Position numbers and translations under genes: made by a program. The notes under the pieces are model-generated. The model made no database searches and was not told the DNA's origin. It saw only the letters and a list, made by a program, of their open reading frames with translations. Shown piece after piece: positions 1 through 10,029 of a DNA stretch of 64,000 nt. Positions within the stretch are counted from its first letter, which is position 1. Each line of letters starts with the position of its first letter. Origin of the DNA: Corallochytrium limacisporum Hawaii (Eukaryota; Protista; Pluriformea); contig PDIP01000089.1 in assembly GCA_002811645.1 (NCBI GenBank), positions 46,911-110,910 on the forward strand, read 5' to 3'.

Positions 1-1948
1 TTTGTACGACTACGATGTGTTCAATGTCAAGCCAAAGTCAAAATAGTCCTTTTTTGAGAGTAGCAGGGACTCTTCGTTTGAATCAGCTATTGAAATATTT
101 TTTTATGATTGTTAAAAAGAGCAAAATATAATGAAATAGAATGGAATCAATATAAGTTATTATACAATCAAGATTAAAAAAGATCCTCGGGAGTCAAATT
201 TTTCGGAGTTTTGACCCTAACATACCAGACAGAGGGTGGTACCATTAAGTGGGAAGTGCGCAAAAAAGAAAGCAAAAATAGGTTTCCTAATTCTTTCATA
301 TATTCATTACTGAGAGCAGGGTGCGAAAGGGCAGAGACGAAGAATTTTTCTTCACCGGTCACGTATACAAACTCACACCCTCGCCTCCACCCGGTTCCTA
401 GAATCCATCGACACACATAGTAAGTCAGCACCTTTCACTTTTTGCCATACATTCAATACTGGACCCCAAACCGCGGAATCCATTCGCTCGTCCCGTACGG
501 ATTCCACTCGCCTACTAATGGTAGCAAGTCACCACCTTTTCCTTTTTCTTAGTACATTCACTATGAGCCTGGGGACGAAACCTCTTCTCGTTCGATTTGC
601 ACGGGAGAGACCCGGGAGGAGAGGGCCCCCTCGGGGGGGAGCGGCGGGGGTAAAACCTCCAAAAGGTCACTACTGCCCCGCACCGATGGTGGATCGCCCA
701 AGAACGCGGAAACATTCTCGGGGTGTTGTCCCTCACCCCCCCCCCCAATCTCTCCCCGCTGCTGCTGCTTTACGGTTCGAACCCCTCACATGTGCGTACT
801 GTGTGTATAGCCCAGGTGGGAAACAAACGGCAACCTCTCACCCACCCCCCCCCGCAAAACACACACACCGCGGGTCTGGGTTGTGCTTCTTCCATCGTTG
901 GGTCACGCAGGCGGTCCCGATCGGCTTGAGGTCGGTTTTGCGTACCTCCGGCCGCCGGGTGTCTGATTACCGTACATTGAATACGGAGCTGGCTGGGAGC
1001 CAAGAAGCCAGGGAAAAATAAACTTTCGTGTGGGTGTGTGCAGTTTGGCGTTGTGCGGTGGTGGAAGAAAAAATCACACGCACACGCACACGCTCGGCGA
1101 CAACCACAGTCAGGCGCACTTTGCTTGGCACAAGGGGGCCCTTGATCGTATACATTTTCTATTGGACTTCTGGTCTGGTAGGGCGCAAGGGGCGGGGAGG
1201 GGCAGAGGGGTGAGACGGGACTTGGGGGCTTGATCGAGTTTCAAGAAAAAACGGGGCTTCTTCCACCCAGCCGAAAGTTCCCTCATCGGCGGCATTCGTT
1301 TTCCTTTCTGCGCGCGGTTGTTTCAGTGTGTGCGCCGTGGCCCGCTGGATTGCCCAATCGGCCCGCTCCCCCCCCCCCTCCTCTCCCCGTACCCCCCCAG
1401 GGGGTCATTTGTCTCTCGGATTGGCGGCGTGGATTGCTGTGCAAAGAGTGAGCATCAGGCGTGCTCTGTTCACGCACTCCCACCTCCTGCCTGGTTTGGT
1501 AGACGGCTGCCGTTGGTATTCTCAGAAAACCAAGATGGCAAAGGGAAAAAAAAAGAGGGAAGGACAAGGCGGGTTTCGTGGTGTTTGCGGATACTAATCA
1601 CCACCACCCCCCATGTGCGTAGTTTTTTCTGCGATGGACAGGATATTAAGAGAATATCTATTTTTCTTACTCCTTTTCTTGTTTTTTTCTATTACACACA
1701 CTCACTCACTCACACACGCAGAGCACAAGTATCCCGATCCCAAACTCTCACCATCTCATAAGCCTCACAGGAGCGCCAGGAATAATAATACAGGAGCAAG
1801 GATCCCTACCCCCCACCACAATCGCATACCGGCCTTCATATCAGCGCGGAGTAAATAAATCGACAGTAGCTTCAAAAAAAAACTTCAAAAAGAAAGGAAA
1901 GACAGTGCACCGTGGTAGAGAGAGAGCTGGGAGAAACCGTCCCGACAG

Positions 1949-1951
<3 letters not shown>

Positions 1952-2010
<59 letters not shown>
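1952..2010. repeat. (CA)~29 microsatellite
   Basis: Uninterrupted CA dinucleotide run. Confidence 0.97.
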
Positions 2011-2012
<2 letters not shown>

Positions 2013-2660
2013 CATGCGTTTAGAGGCATTGCTCCCGGTGGGGTGCGTGTGAGTTAGACCGGGTGTGGGTTTATTGGCACTTCGTGGTGGTTTGAGCACC
2101 TACCATAACCGTGCAGCCACCGCAAAAAAAAAAAGACAAATTATGGAGACCATTTCTTGAGACTCTCCCCCCCCCCCCAACTGCTCCCTCTACGACTGTG
2201 GTGTATTTTCTCAGTGGTGGGCCAAGGGCCGGGTCTTTGTTGTCTGAGAGAGAGAGAGAGTGAGGGAGGGAGAGAGAGAGTCCCACCCGCCTCAACCAAC
2301 TCCTTCGGTGTCTCACCCGGTAGAACCACTTACCCGCCACCATCAGAGAAAAACATCAATGTAAATACTACCTAATACCCAACCCCCTTCCCCCGGAGGG
2401 GTACCTAACCACCATCGAGAAATTAAACGTACCAACGGGCAAGAGATGGGTGAGAGGAAAAAGAGGACGAGGAAGGCAAATATGGAAAATATAACTTTAC
2501 TAATCTGAGCTGGGGGTAACAAAGAAAAAGGGAACCCCCGGAAGGAATCCCATGGAGAAGCCAGGTGACAGGGCCGTGCAGATGGCCGGGGACGAGGAGG
2601 GAAGGACAGCCAGGCTCCGAGGGGGGAGGGCGCGCCAAGACCAAAAGACAAAAGAAATTT

Positions 2661-2715
2661 AGAGAGAGAGAGACAGAGAGAGACAGAGAGAGAGAGAGTG
2701 TGTGTGTGTGTGTGT
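2661..2715. repeat. Compound (GA)n(GT)n microsatellite
   Basis: AGAGAG/AGACAG run followed directly by a GTGTGT run. Confidence 0.9.
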
Positions 2716-3803
2716 ATTGAAATTGGAGAGCCCACCAGCCATTTTTTCTTCGCTACCCGAACTGTCTGTCTCTTTATTCTTCCCCTCCCCCCCGCCCGGG
2801 GGGGGCCCTCCGTCTTTCCTTTCCTCCACCCAAGTCGCTGTTACAACGGCCCTTTTGTCAATTTTCTCCCCTGGCCCGCACTGGAGAGAGCCTCTGTGTG
2901 AGGTTCGCAGGCGGAGAGGGGGGGGGAGGGGGTTTTTTTGGACCGCACGAAATCGAGGACACCGCGCAGACAGCCCCAAAAGAAGGATGGCACGCACACA
3001 CCGACAAAAGAAAAGAAAAAAAAAAGAGAGAAAAACCGGGAACGAAAAGGCCCCGCCGCAGGGGAGGGAGGGGCTGCTGAGGAGGGAGGATTGGTTTGTG
3101 CTGGTTGGTAGGTCGTCAGAAAACGCGGGTGGTGAGCCCAGGGGCACCCTTCCCTCTCTCTCTCCCTCTCTCTCCCTCTCTCTCCCCAAAGAGGACGCAA
3201 AGAGGAATATGGAATACACGTCAAAGAATGTGGAGAATAACAAATATGCCCTTGACGTAGACGCGCTCTTGCTGCTCTCTGCTTTTTTTTGGTGGAACGG
3301 AACGAACGAAAAGGAATGGGAGCGGGGAACAAAGACCCCCGGGGAGAGCCCCGGGAGAGAGGGGGGGGGTGTGTGTATACCGTGGAGCGGTTTGGGCTCC
3401 TATGGCTCTTGCCTGGTATGGTCACCGTTCGGTTTCCCGTATTGTGCGAAACCTGGGAGGACCTAGGAAGTGGTTTGACGCACAGTGCCAGGCTCAGAGA
3501 TTTTCATTGATAATGAGGACACGCATCAAACACCAGTGACGTATTTGAAGACATTTGCTATTTTTAACTAAGATTACATTCGCATCTGATCAATATAGAA
3601 CGATCAATGGCAGACCACTTCATACCTGTCCGGGCGTTTTTATGAGTGAAGGTTTTAAAGATCAAACACATATTTCAAAATGACCGGTTGAATGGCTATC
3701 TTGTTCGAGTTTATTTGTCAGATCACTTAAAGAAATCAGACAACACGGAACCTTTATATCTCTGTATATACATATATCGACATATACATAGAGAGTCACA
3801 AGC

Positions 3804-5834
3804 ATGGCTCACTATCCAGTAAACCAGGGCATTGAAGTCAACGCCGATCTTGCGGCGCTGAATGACATTCTGGATTCTTTATTGCCAGCAGAGCAGGCTT
3901 CGGAATTGCCAGCATGGCTCAGAACCACTACAGACATAAATGCCACTGCAGGTGCCAATACCAATCCCAATTTGGGCGCACGTCATCAGACTCCGACTCG
4001 GATCTTGATCAAGCGGACACCGGATAACCAGCCTCTGCGGGGCTCTTACATGCTACAACCCACAAACGTCTCTTCGCTAGAAGATGATCTGAGAAAACTG
4101 CAGAATTTCGTAAAGGGTGCCGAGCAGGAGCTGCAGCAGAAGGGCGACAATGCGTTGAAACTGACCCCAACAAACAAGGAACGATTCCGCACCGTGGATG
4201 ACGTCGCGGCACTGCTGGACAACACCAAGAAGGAAATTGACAGAGCCTACCATGAGTTGCAGAAGAACAAAGGTGGAGGGAGCGGAATCCATCGCCCTTC
4301 ACTGCAGGAATTCGCTCCGGCACATGACCTGCAGCTGCAGATTGAGGACAACGCCGTCGATGACTTGGATAAGCGCATGAGTGGACTACAGACGGATCCG
4401 ACAGCAGACCAAGGGCGACCTCCTATTCCCGACGCCAACAAGAGCGACCAGACCCTGCGCCTGAGCCGTATCTTTGTCAGTCGCACCACACCGACGGACG
4501 AGGTCAAGGCTCTGCGGCGGAGTATGAGTGATACGGGCCCAAAGGAAATGGCTGCCATGTATTCGGGATACGATGGACTATGGCAGGAATTAGGACTTAT
4601 GCCGGGTGGCGAGGTGCCTCCGGTATCGAGCGGCCAGGGCGGCTCCGGCAGTACCTTGCAGAAACGCCTTCGTGATACGGCCGACTCGCTCCGGGCGTCG
4701 ATGGAAGCAAACTATACACTTGCCGGGCCTGGCCATGGACAGCAGGCTCAGCAGCAGCAGGTTCAGCAGCAGCAACAGGAGGCCGATAACCTAGGTGTTC
4801 GCAAGCATATTCGCAAGAAGAGCCGTACGCGTGAGGAAGACTTCCCGGACGTAAGCTCCTTCTCCGGCTCTCCGGGGGCTTTGAGCCCTGTTTCGGGAGC
4901 AAGCTTCACGAGCATGACCTCGGGCACCAATGCATCGATCAGCTTCCCGTCTGGAGGAGCACGTGGCTCCCTACCAGTCGGACACGGGTCATCAGGGGGG
5001 CCACAAGTTGAAATGAGGCCGTCCAGCGCGGGTATTGCCCCACGCACTTCATTGCGCATGTCTATGTCGACCGGTGCTTTGCCGGATGCCCTGCAAGACA
5101 TTTTCTACATGAAGGCTGACGCACCAGAGATTGCCGATGACGATTTCAACGTAGAGTTCCGTGGCTCTTTGATGAGCCACGGGTCTCGAGCGTCGCAGTT
5201 GGGTATGGATTCTCGTCATATGTACCACCAGCAACAAGGACTGGGCCAGAACGTTCCGGACTCGCGTCGTCTGGTAGCAACTGAGACACAAAAAGTCGGT
5301 CAGGGTGGTATGGAAATGAAGTTTGTAATGCGTCCAACCATGCCATCACCGGGTCCAATGGCGGGCGGTTACCGAGGATCTCTGCCTGCGCCAAATGCAC
5401 TGCCGCAGCATCATCCGCAACAGTACGGACGGCCTTCTCAGGGAGTCCCTCCGACGGCGTACCCATTCCCCCCCGGACCGGGCGCCACCGCCACGGGCGG
5501 TCACGGGCAACACCGGGGAGCTCCACAGCAGCATGTACAGCAGCCGCGGGCAATGATGACCCAAGAATCTATGCAGGTCAATTTCAAAGCCAATGTCAAT
5601 AAGAAAGGCCGGGGCGGTGGTCAGGCCGGCGGATCACAGCAGTCTGGTAAACCGTTGCCGAAGTTTGGTGCCCCGAAGACGATCACCGCACCGAAGGCAG
5701 TGAGGGACGGCACCCTGGAGGACTATCAGGGTCACTTCAAGTTCAAGTCCAACATTCCGCAGCGTCGCCGGTCCCGCGATCCGAACAAATGGACGGTGGT
5801 CGGTCCGGACGGGAAGAAGACGGAGAAGAAGTAA
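3804..5834 (+). CDS. Hypothetical 676-aa low-complexity (Q/G/P/S-rich) protein with N-terminal helical LD-like motifs
   Basis: Long ORF, AGC-ATG-G start context, coding-like codon use. No family recognised. Confidence 0.85.
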   Translation: MAHYPVNQGIEVNADLAALNDILDSLLPAEQASELPAWLRTTTDINATAGANTNPNLGARHQTPTRILIKRTPDNQPLRGSYMLQPTNVSSLEDDLRKLQNFVKGAEQELQQKGDNALKLTPTNKERFRTVDDVAALLDNTKKEIDRAYHELQKNKGGGSGIHRPSLQEFAPAHDLQLQIEDNAVDDLDKRMSGLQTDPTADQGRPPIPDANKSDQTLRLSRIFVSRTTPTDEVKALRRSMSDTGPKEMAAMYSGYDGLWQELGLMPGGEVPPVSSGQGGSGSTLQKRLRDTADSLRASMEANYTLAGPGHGQQAQQQQVQQQQQEADNLGVRKHIRKKSRTREEDFPDVSSFSGSPGALSPVSGASFTSMTSGTNASISFPSGGARGSLPVGHGSSGGPQVEMRPSSAGIAPRTSLRMSMSTGALPDALQDIFYMKADAPEIADDDFNVEFRGSLMSHGSRASQLGMDSRHMYHQQQGLGQNVPDSRRLVATETQKVGQGGMEMKFVMRPTMPSPGPMAGGYRGSLPAPNALPQHHPQQYGRPSQGVPPTAYPFPPGPGATATGGHGQHRGAPQQHVQQPRAMMTQESMQVNFKANVNKKGRGGGQAGGSQQSGKPLPKFGAPKTITAPKAVRDGTLEDYQGHFKFKSNIPQRRRSRDPNKWTVVGPDGKKTEKK

Positions 5835-6562
5835 AGAATGAGAGAGACAGTTGGTGCCAACACGGAAGAAATGAGTGTTCGTTCAACGTCACTGATCATG
5901 ACCATTATGACGTTTTTTAAGAGATTAAAAGGATATATACTGAAAAATTGCTAGAAGAAGCGCACATCCTTTCGTTTGCCGTTGTCATCGGACGGACGTT
6001 GACTGCCATGCTCCTTTGTTGATACTCGGTTAGCCATGACCCATGGCAAGGTGCTTCACCGGCCCGCCCTGGGTTCCCCCTAGCGTGCCACGGGCCTGGC
6101 CCCAAAGAGGCTGTGCCTGAGGGAAAAAAGGCCCCCGTCGGTCGTCCATCCGTGCCCAAGCTGGGCCCTGGCTTTCCCTTTTGCGCAGGGGACACAGGGA
6201 AAAAGCGCGGGAAGTCGGGATCTCTTCGGGATTCCCCCTGCGCCCCAAACTCGCCCTCCTTCCCCTCTTCCCCCCTCCCCTCCTCCCTCCTCCCTCACTC
6301 CTCCCTCACTCCCCCGCGGGGGCCTCCCCTTCTCTTTCGCCGCCCTAGGGTTCGGTGGCCTTTGTCCCCGGGCCTGTGTGGCAAACTGACCGTCGTGCTT
6401 CGAGGCCTTGTTCGGCTATTTCAATTGACAATAGTCTCGATGGCTTTGCACAAGAACCAAAGGGGTCTCAATGGTTGAAGGACGAATTGCAGAAGAGCAA
6501 GGATGGGCTAAATTCAGTATGTAGATCATTCACTCTCCGTTGCTTTACTAAATCGGACGAGC

Positions 6563-8095
6563 ATGGAGCAGCCTCCAGAGCTGTCAGGCGCAGCCCTGCT
6601 AGAATTTAACCAGCGCCGGCGTGAGTTCGCCGCCAGGGATGAATTGGCCAGTGCTCGTATGCAGCTGGAAGCCGTTAAGGACCAGCTTGCTTTGGAACGC
6701 AAGACTATTGTACGGAAGGAACAGACCTTCAATCGCCAGCTGGCGAGTCTCGAGGTGGGTTTAAAGGCCAAGGAGGAGGAACTAGAGGACTGCCACCGGC
6801 GGATGCATATATTACACCTTGAACTCGACTCTCAGCGCGCAGAAAATGCAAGAAAAGAGAATGAACGGCGCCAGGAGGAAAAAAAGGCAGCGATCTTTGA
6901 CAACCGGGTAGTCACTAGTGCTCGATCCCGGGCAATGGAGCTCTCACCAAGGAAGGACGGGCACATAGAAGCTGTCGAGGAACACAGCAAGACGCGTCAA
7001 ACATCAGATTTTGAGCACGAACGGGCACTGCAGAGCCTTGAAAACACTTTGCAAGCCGCAGAACATGAAAAACGTATGATTGGCGCCCAAAGGCGATCAT
7101 TTGTGGCACTTCGCGCCCGTCTGCTGGAAGCTGAGGAGCGGCACATGGCCGCCGACAATGACCGCAAGTACCTGCGGGAGCTGGTCATACGTATGCAGCA
7201 TGAGCGAGACGAGGCACTGACGCTACAGAAAGCCACTGCGGACGAATTGTCCACTGCAAACGAGGAGAAAGAGAAAATCCTCACCGTTGCGGCCAAGAAG
7301 CGCAGCGAACTCGACCGCGAGATTCACCGCTTGCGCAAGCGCCAACAACGGTTTGAGAATGCCCTCACCCTCTGGCGCAAAGAGATCCGCAGGGTCCACG
7401 GTGATGTTGTACCTGAGGGGGAGGAAGATGCTGCGGACCCGAAGAAGCCCCAGCCCCCAACCAACGAAGACCGCCAACAGGCCATGGACGCACGGATCCG
7501 TCAGGGACTGGCCAGTCGCTTCCGGGCACTACAGCAGGAAGCCATCCAGCTCGCTGGCGAGCGGGAACGCAACCTACAGACTGCGCGTAAGGACCAGGAG
7601 CGCATCTCTGACCTGGAACGCGAGCTCGAAGCCTGCGATGAGAAGTTCCGGTCGATGGAGGTGCAGTATTCGGACGAAATCCGCCGTTTGACCACACAGG
7701 TCGACCAGCTCAAGGACCAGTGTGCCATGCATGAAATAACGCACGTCAATTCCGAACAGACTGCACGTGAAAAAGCGGATCGCTTTGAAGCCGAGGCTCG
7801 CGCTTGGAGCATGAAGAGCCGACTAATGAGCCAGGCCATGGCGGCCGCGGAGGATTACCACACAACGGACCCAATGCGTGAAAAATTGTTGCAAGAGCTG
7901 AACCTATCCAGCGCCGCAGCGGACCTGGTCCGAGCTCTGCAGAATGCCCCCGTATCGTCAGGTACTAAAGCCCCGGCCGCCTGCGCTGCCGGACCCGGCA
8001 GCGGAACCGTTGGTGCCCTGCAGACGGACATTGAGGCCATCAATCGTCGGCTGGACACTCTTCAGCAAAGCAATGCAAACGCACTGCTTGAGTAA
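6563..8095 (+). CDS. Hypothetical 510-aa coiled-coil protein
   Basis: Long ORF with E/R/K/L/A-rich heptad character along its length. Confidence 0.85.
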   Translation: MEQPPELSGAALLEFNQRRREFAARDELASARMQLEAVKDQLALERKTIVRKEQTFNRQLASLEVGLKAKEEELEDCHRRMHILHLELDSQRAENARKENERRQEEKKAAIFDNRVVTSARSRAMELSPRKDGHIEAVEEHSKTRQTSDFEHERALQSLENTLQAAEHEKRMIGAQRRSFVALRARLLEAEERHMAADNDRKYLRELVIRMQHERDEALTLQKATADELSTANEEKEKILTVAAKKRSELDREIHRLRKRQQRFENALTLWRKEIRRVHGDVVPEGEEDAADPKKPQPPTNEDRQQAMDARIRQGLASRFRALQQEAIQLAGERERNLQTARKDQERISDLERELEACDEKFRSMEVQYSDEIRRLTTQVDQLKDQCAMHEITHVNSEQTAREKADRFEAEARAWSMKSRLMSQAMAAAEDYHTTDPMREKLLQELNLSSAAADLVRALQNAPVSSGTKAPAACAAGPGSGTVGALQTDIEAINRRLDTLQQSNANALLE

Positions 8096-8493
8096 AATGT
8101 ACAACACACATTGATACACACATGATAGATGAGCAAGTTATGTTTTTGAGTGCATGGCGCTGTATTTGTCATTCTTTTTTTGGTTGTTTTCCACTGTTTT
8201 GTTGGGGCGCCTTTCCTTTCACTTTGAGGATTTGAACGGTTTTGCGAACAAAGTATTGAAAGGGTGATTAAACGGTAAATTAGAAACAAACTTGGGGGCC
8301 ATCACATCGCTGAAGTTGGGATTAAATTGTTTGGGGATTAACAAGAGTTGATGATGGATGTGATGCGCGAAAGTACCCTTCTTCTCGAGGTGGCGGAGGC
8401 CACCTGGAGGTTACTTTTCTTTTTGAGTTGATGTTCGAGTATGATGATGACCAGGTTTTGACAATTTGTTGGGGCTGTCAAAGTACCCAGAAC

Positions 8494-9468
8494 TTAGAGG
8501 TTGCGACGCAGCATGGCGAGTTCGGCCTCCTGTTGGGCAAGCAGGCGCTTATGCTCCTGCAACTCACGCGCCATCTCGGCAAAGTTTTGAGCCTGCTTCT
8601 GCTCGGCCTGAACCTTGCGCTGGCGTTGCTTGGCCTTGGCCTTACGCGCGTTGACAGAGCGCTTCAGATCGAGGCCGTCAGAATCACCGGTGCGCTGACG
8701 GATGCGGCATGCCTGCTGATAGCGCTGGTTGCGCAGTGTGCGGCGGCGCTTGCGAGCCCATTCGGGGATCACGGCACCAAGGCGGGCACGCAGATCCTTC
8801 AGGCTGAGGTCGCGGAGTTCTTCGTCGGTGATCTCGGAAGAAGCGCCCTCGCTGTTCTCCGCGTCAGTGCTCCTGCTGGAGGCGGCGAGATCGTTCTTCT
8901 TGCGCTTACCGGCGGCGTTGCCGCGGGTGGATGACAGTGGAGAAGCCAGGGACTCAAGAGAGCTGGCCGTATTCATGGCACTGAAGACGTCCGGGGACGC
9001 GGGACCTTGACCATAGTTGGGGACAGCAACAGGAGAAGCGTACTCCGAGCCAGACAGAGGGCTGCGGAGGGTCTCACCGTCCAAGAGGGTATCGAGGTCT
9101 TCCTCCTCGCTCTGGTACGGATGAGCAGCGGCGTGGAGCGCAGAAGACATCTCCATGAATTCGCACTCAGCTGCCCACCAGGCAGCGGTAGGAGTGGAGG
9201 GTGCGACAGACGCAGCAGTCTCGGCGGTTGGAATGGCCGCAAAGAGGGCAGCGGAGTCGTCGGTGTCCATGCAAGCTCCCTCGGCTTCAAGGGACGCCAG
9301 CAGACCCTCCAGGGTGGGTTGTTGGGGTTGGTTGGTCATATCATGCTGAACTTGCATGTTCAGAGAAGAAGAGGCACTGGACGTGGTATTAGTGGTACCC
9401 TGCTGCTGCTCACTCTCGAGCGATGGCAGCAGGAAATTCTCGTACATCAGGGGAGTGTTATCCATCAT
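8494..9468 (-). CDS. Maf-type bZIP transcription factor (first ATG 9468; probable non-AUG extension to 9600)
   Basis: ITDEELRDLSLKDLRARL...RKRRRTLRNQRYQQACRIRQ resembles the Maf extended homology region plus basic region (SDEELVSMSVRELN...KQRRRTLKNRGYAQSCR). C-terminal coiled coil; acidic, Ser-rich N-terminal half. Confidence 0.8.
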   Translation of the reverse strand: MMDNTPLMYENFLLPSLESEQQQGTTNTTSSASSSLNMQVQHDMTNQPQQPTLEGLLASLEAEGACMDTDDSAALFAAIPTAETAASVAPSTPTAAWWAAECEFMEMSSALHAAAHPYQSEEEDLDTLLDGETLRSPLSGSEYASPVAVPNYGQGPASPDVFSAMNTASSLESLASPLSSTRGNAAGKRKKNDLAASSRSTDAENSEGASSEITDEELRDLSLKDLRARLGAVIPEWARKRRRTLRNQRYQQACRIRQRTGDSDGLDLKRSVNARKAKAKQRQRKVQAEQKQAQNFAEMARELQEHKRLLAQQEAELAMLRRNL

Positions 9469-9768
9469 GGCAAGCAGATATTGTAGAACTTTGCGGATGC
9501 CTTCGGGGTTCTTGTTGTTGTAGAAGTTGTTCAATTCTCCAATCTTGTTGACGTAAATGTTGTCGGTGTTGAAATCGAAACCTTTGCGCGTGGTAGCTAT
9601 GGTGAATGACTTGATGGAATATGCTATGCTAAAAGGTTGATGATATGCTTGACGTATGTAAATGGACTATGAAAATACTCCTTCTCGAAGATGTTGTTTG
9701 CTTACTTTTTGTTTTTTTGAGGGGTATCCACTGATCAAACTATTAACTAATTGAGCGTGGGTAAGGGG

Positions 9769-10029
9769 TTAACACTTTGGAAGGTTTTGTGGGGTTTCAG
9801 AAGCCAGTGGGCTTGTGGTAGTGCGTGGAAGCATCTTGAAAACTGAAAATTATGATAAGGTCATCTTGAAGATGAGAAAAAAAGAGATTTTGCTGGTTTT
9901 GGAGCAAAATATCTTAACTTGGTTGGTCTTAGTTAGAAAACTAAAAGCGAGGTACGCTTAAAGAAGGTCGGTTATGAGGACATCTTTAAGAGTAAAGGGG
10001 GTAACGGAGGTTACGAATTAAGCCCGCAT
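9769..10029 (-). promoter_or_regulatory. Cluster of four upstream ORFs in the bZIP 5' leader
   Basis: Minus-strand uORFs: MRA* 10029-10018, MSS* 9983-9972, MTLS* 9864-9850, and a 21-aa uORF 9834-9769. There are no other ATGs between ~10160 and 9468. Confidence 0.6.

Larger units (their letters stand above)
520..3470. promoter_or_regulatory. Large GC-rich, homopolymer- and microsatellite-rich intergenic island upstream of the 3804 gene
   Basis: Dense poly-G/poly-C and poly-A/T tracts, CCAAT/ATTGG motifs (~1355, ~1420) and no credible ORF. Composition switches to AT-rich about 330 nt before ATG 3804. Confidence 0.55.

Noticed and set aside
518-3510. Many 60-250 aa ORFs in the GC islands (also 11020-11727, 32032-32988, 51063-53893, 61778-62824)
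   Set aside because: They translate microsatellites and homopolymers (SLSLSL, CVCVCV, poly-P/G), mostly lack ATG starts, and show no domain signal.
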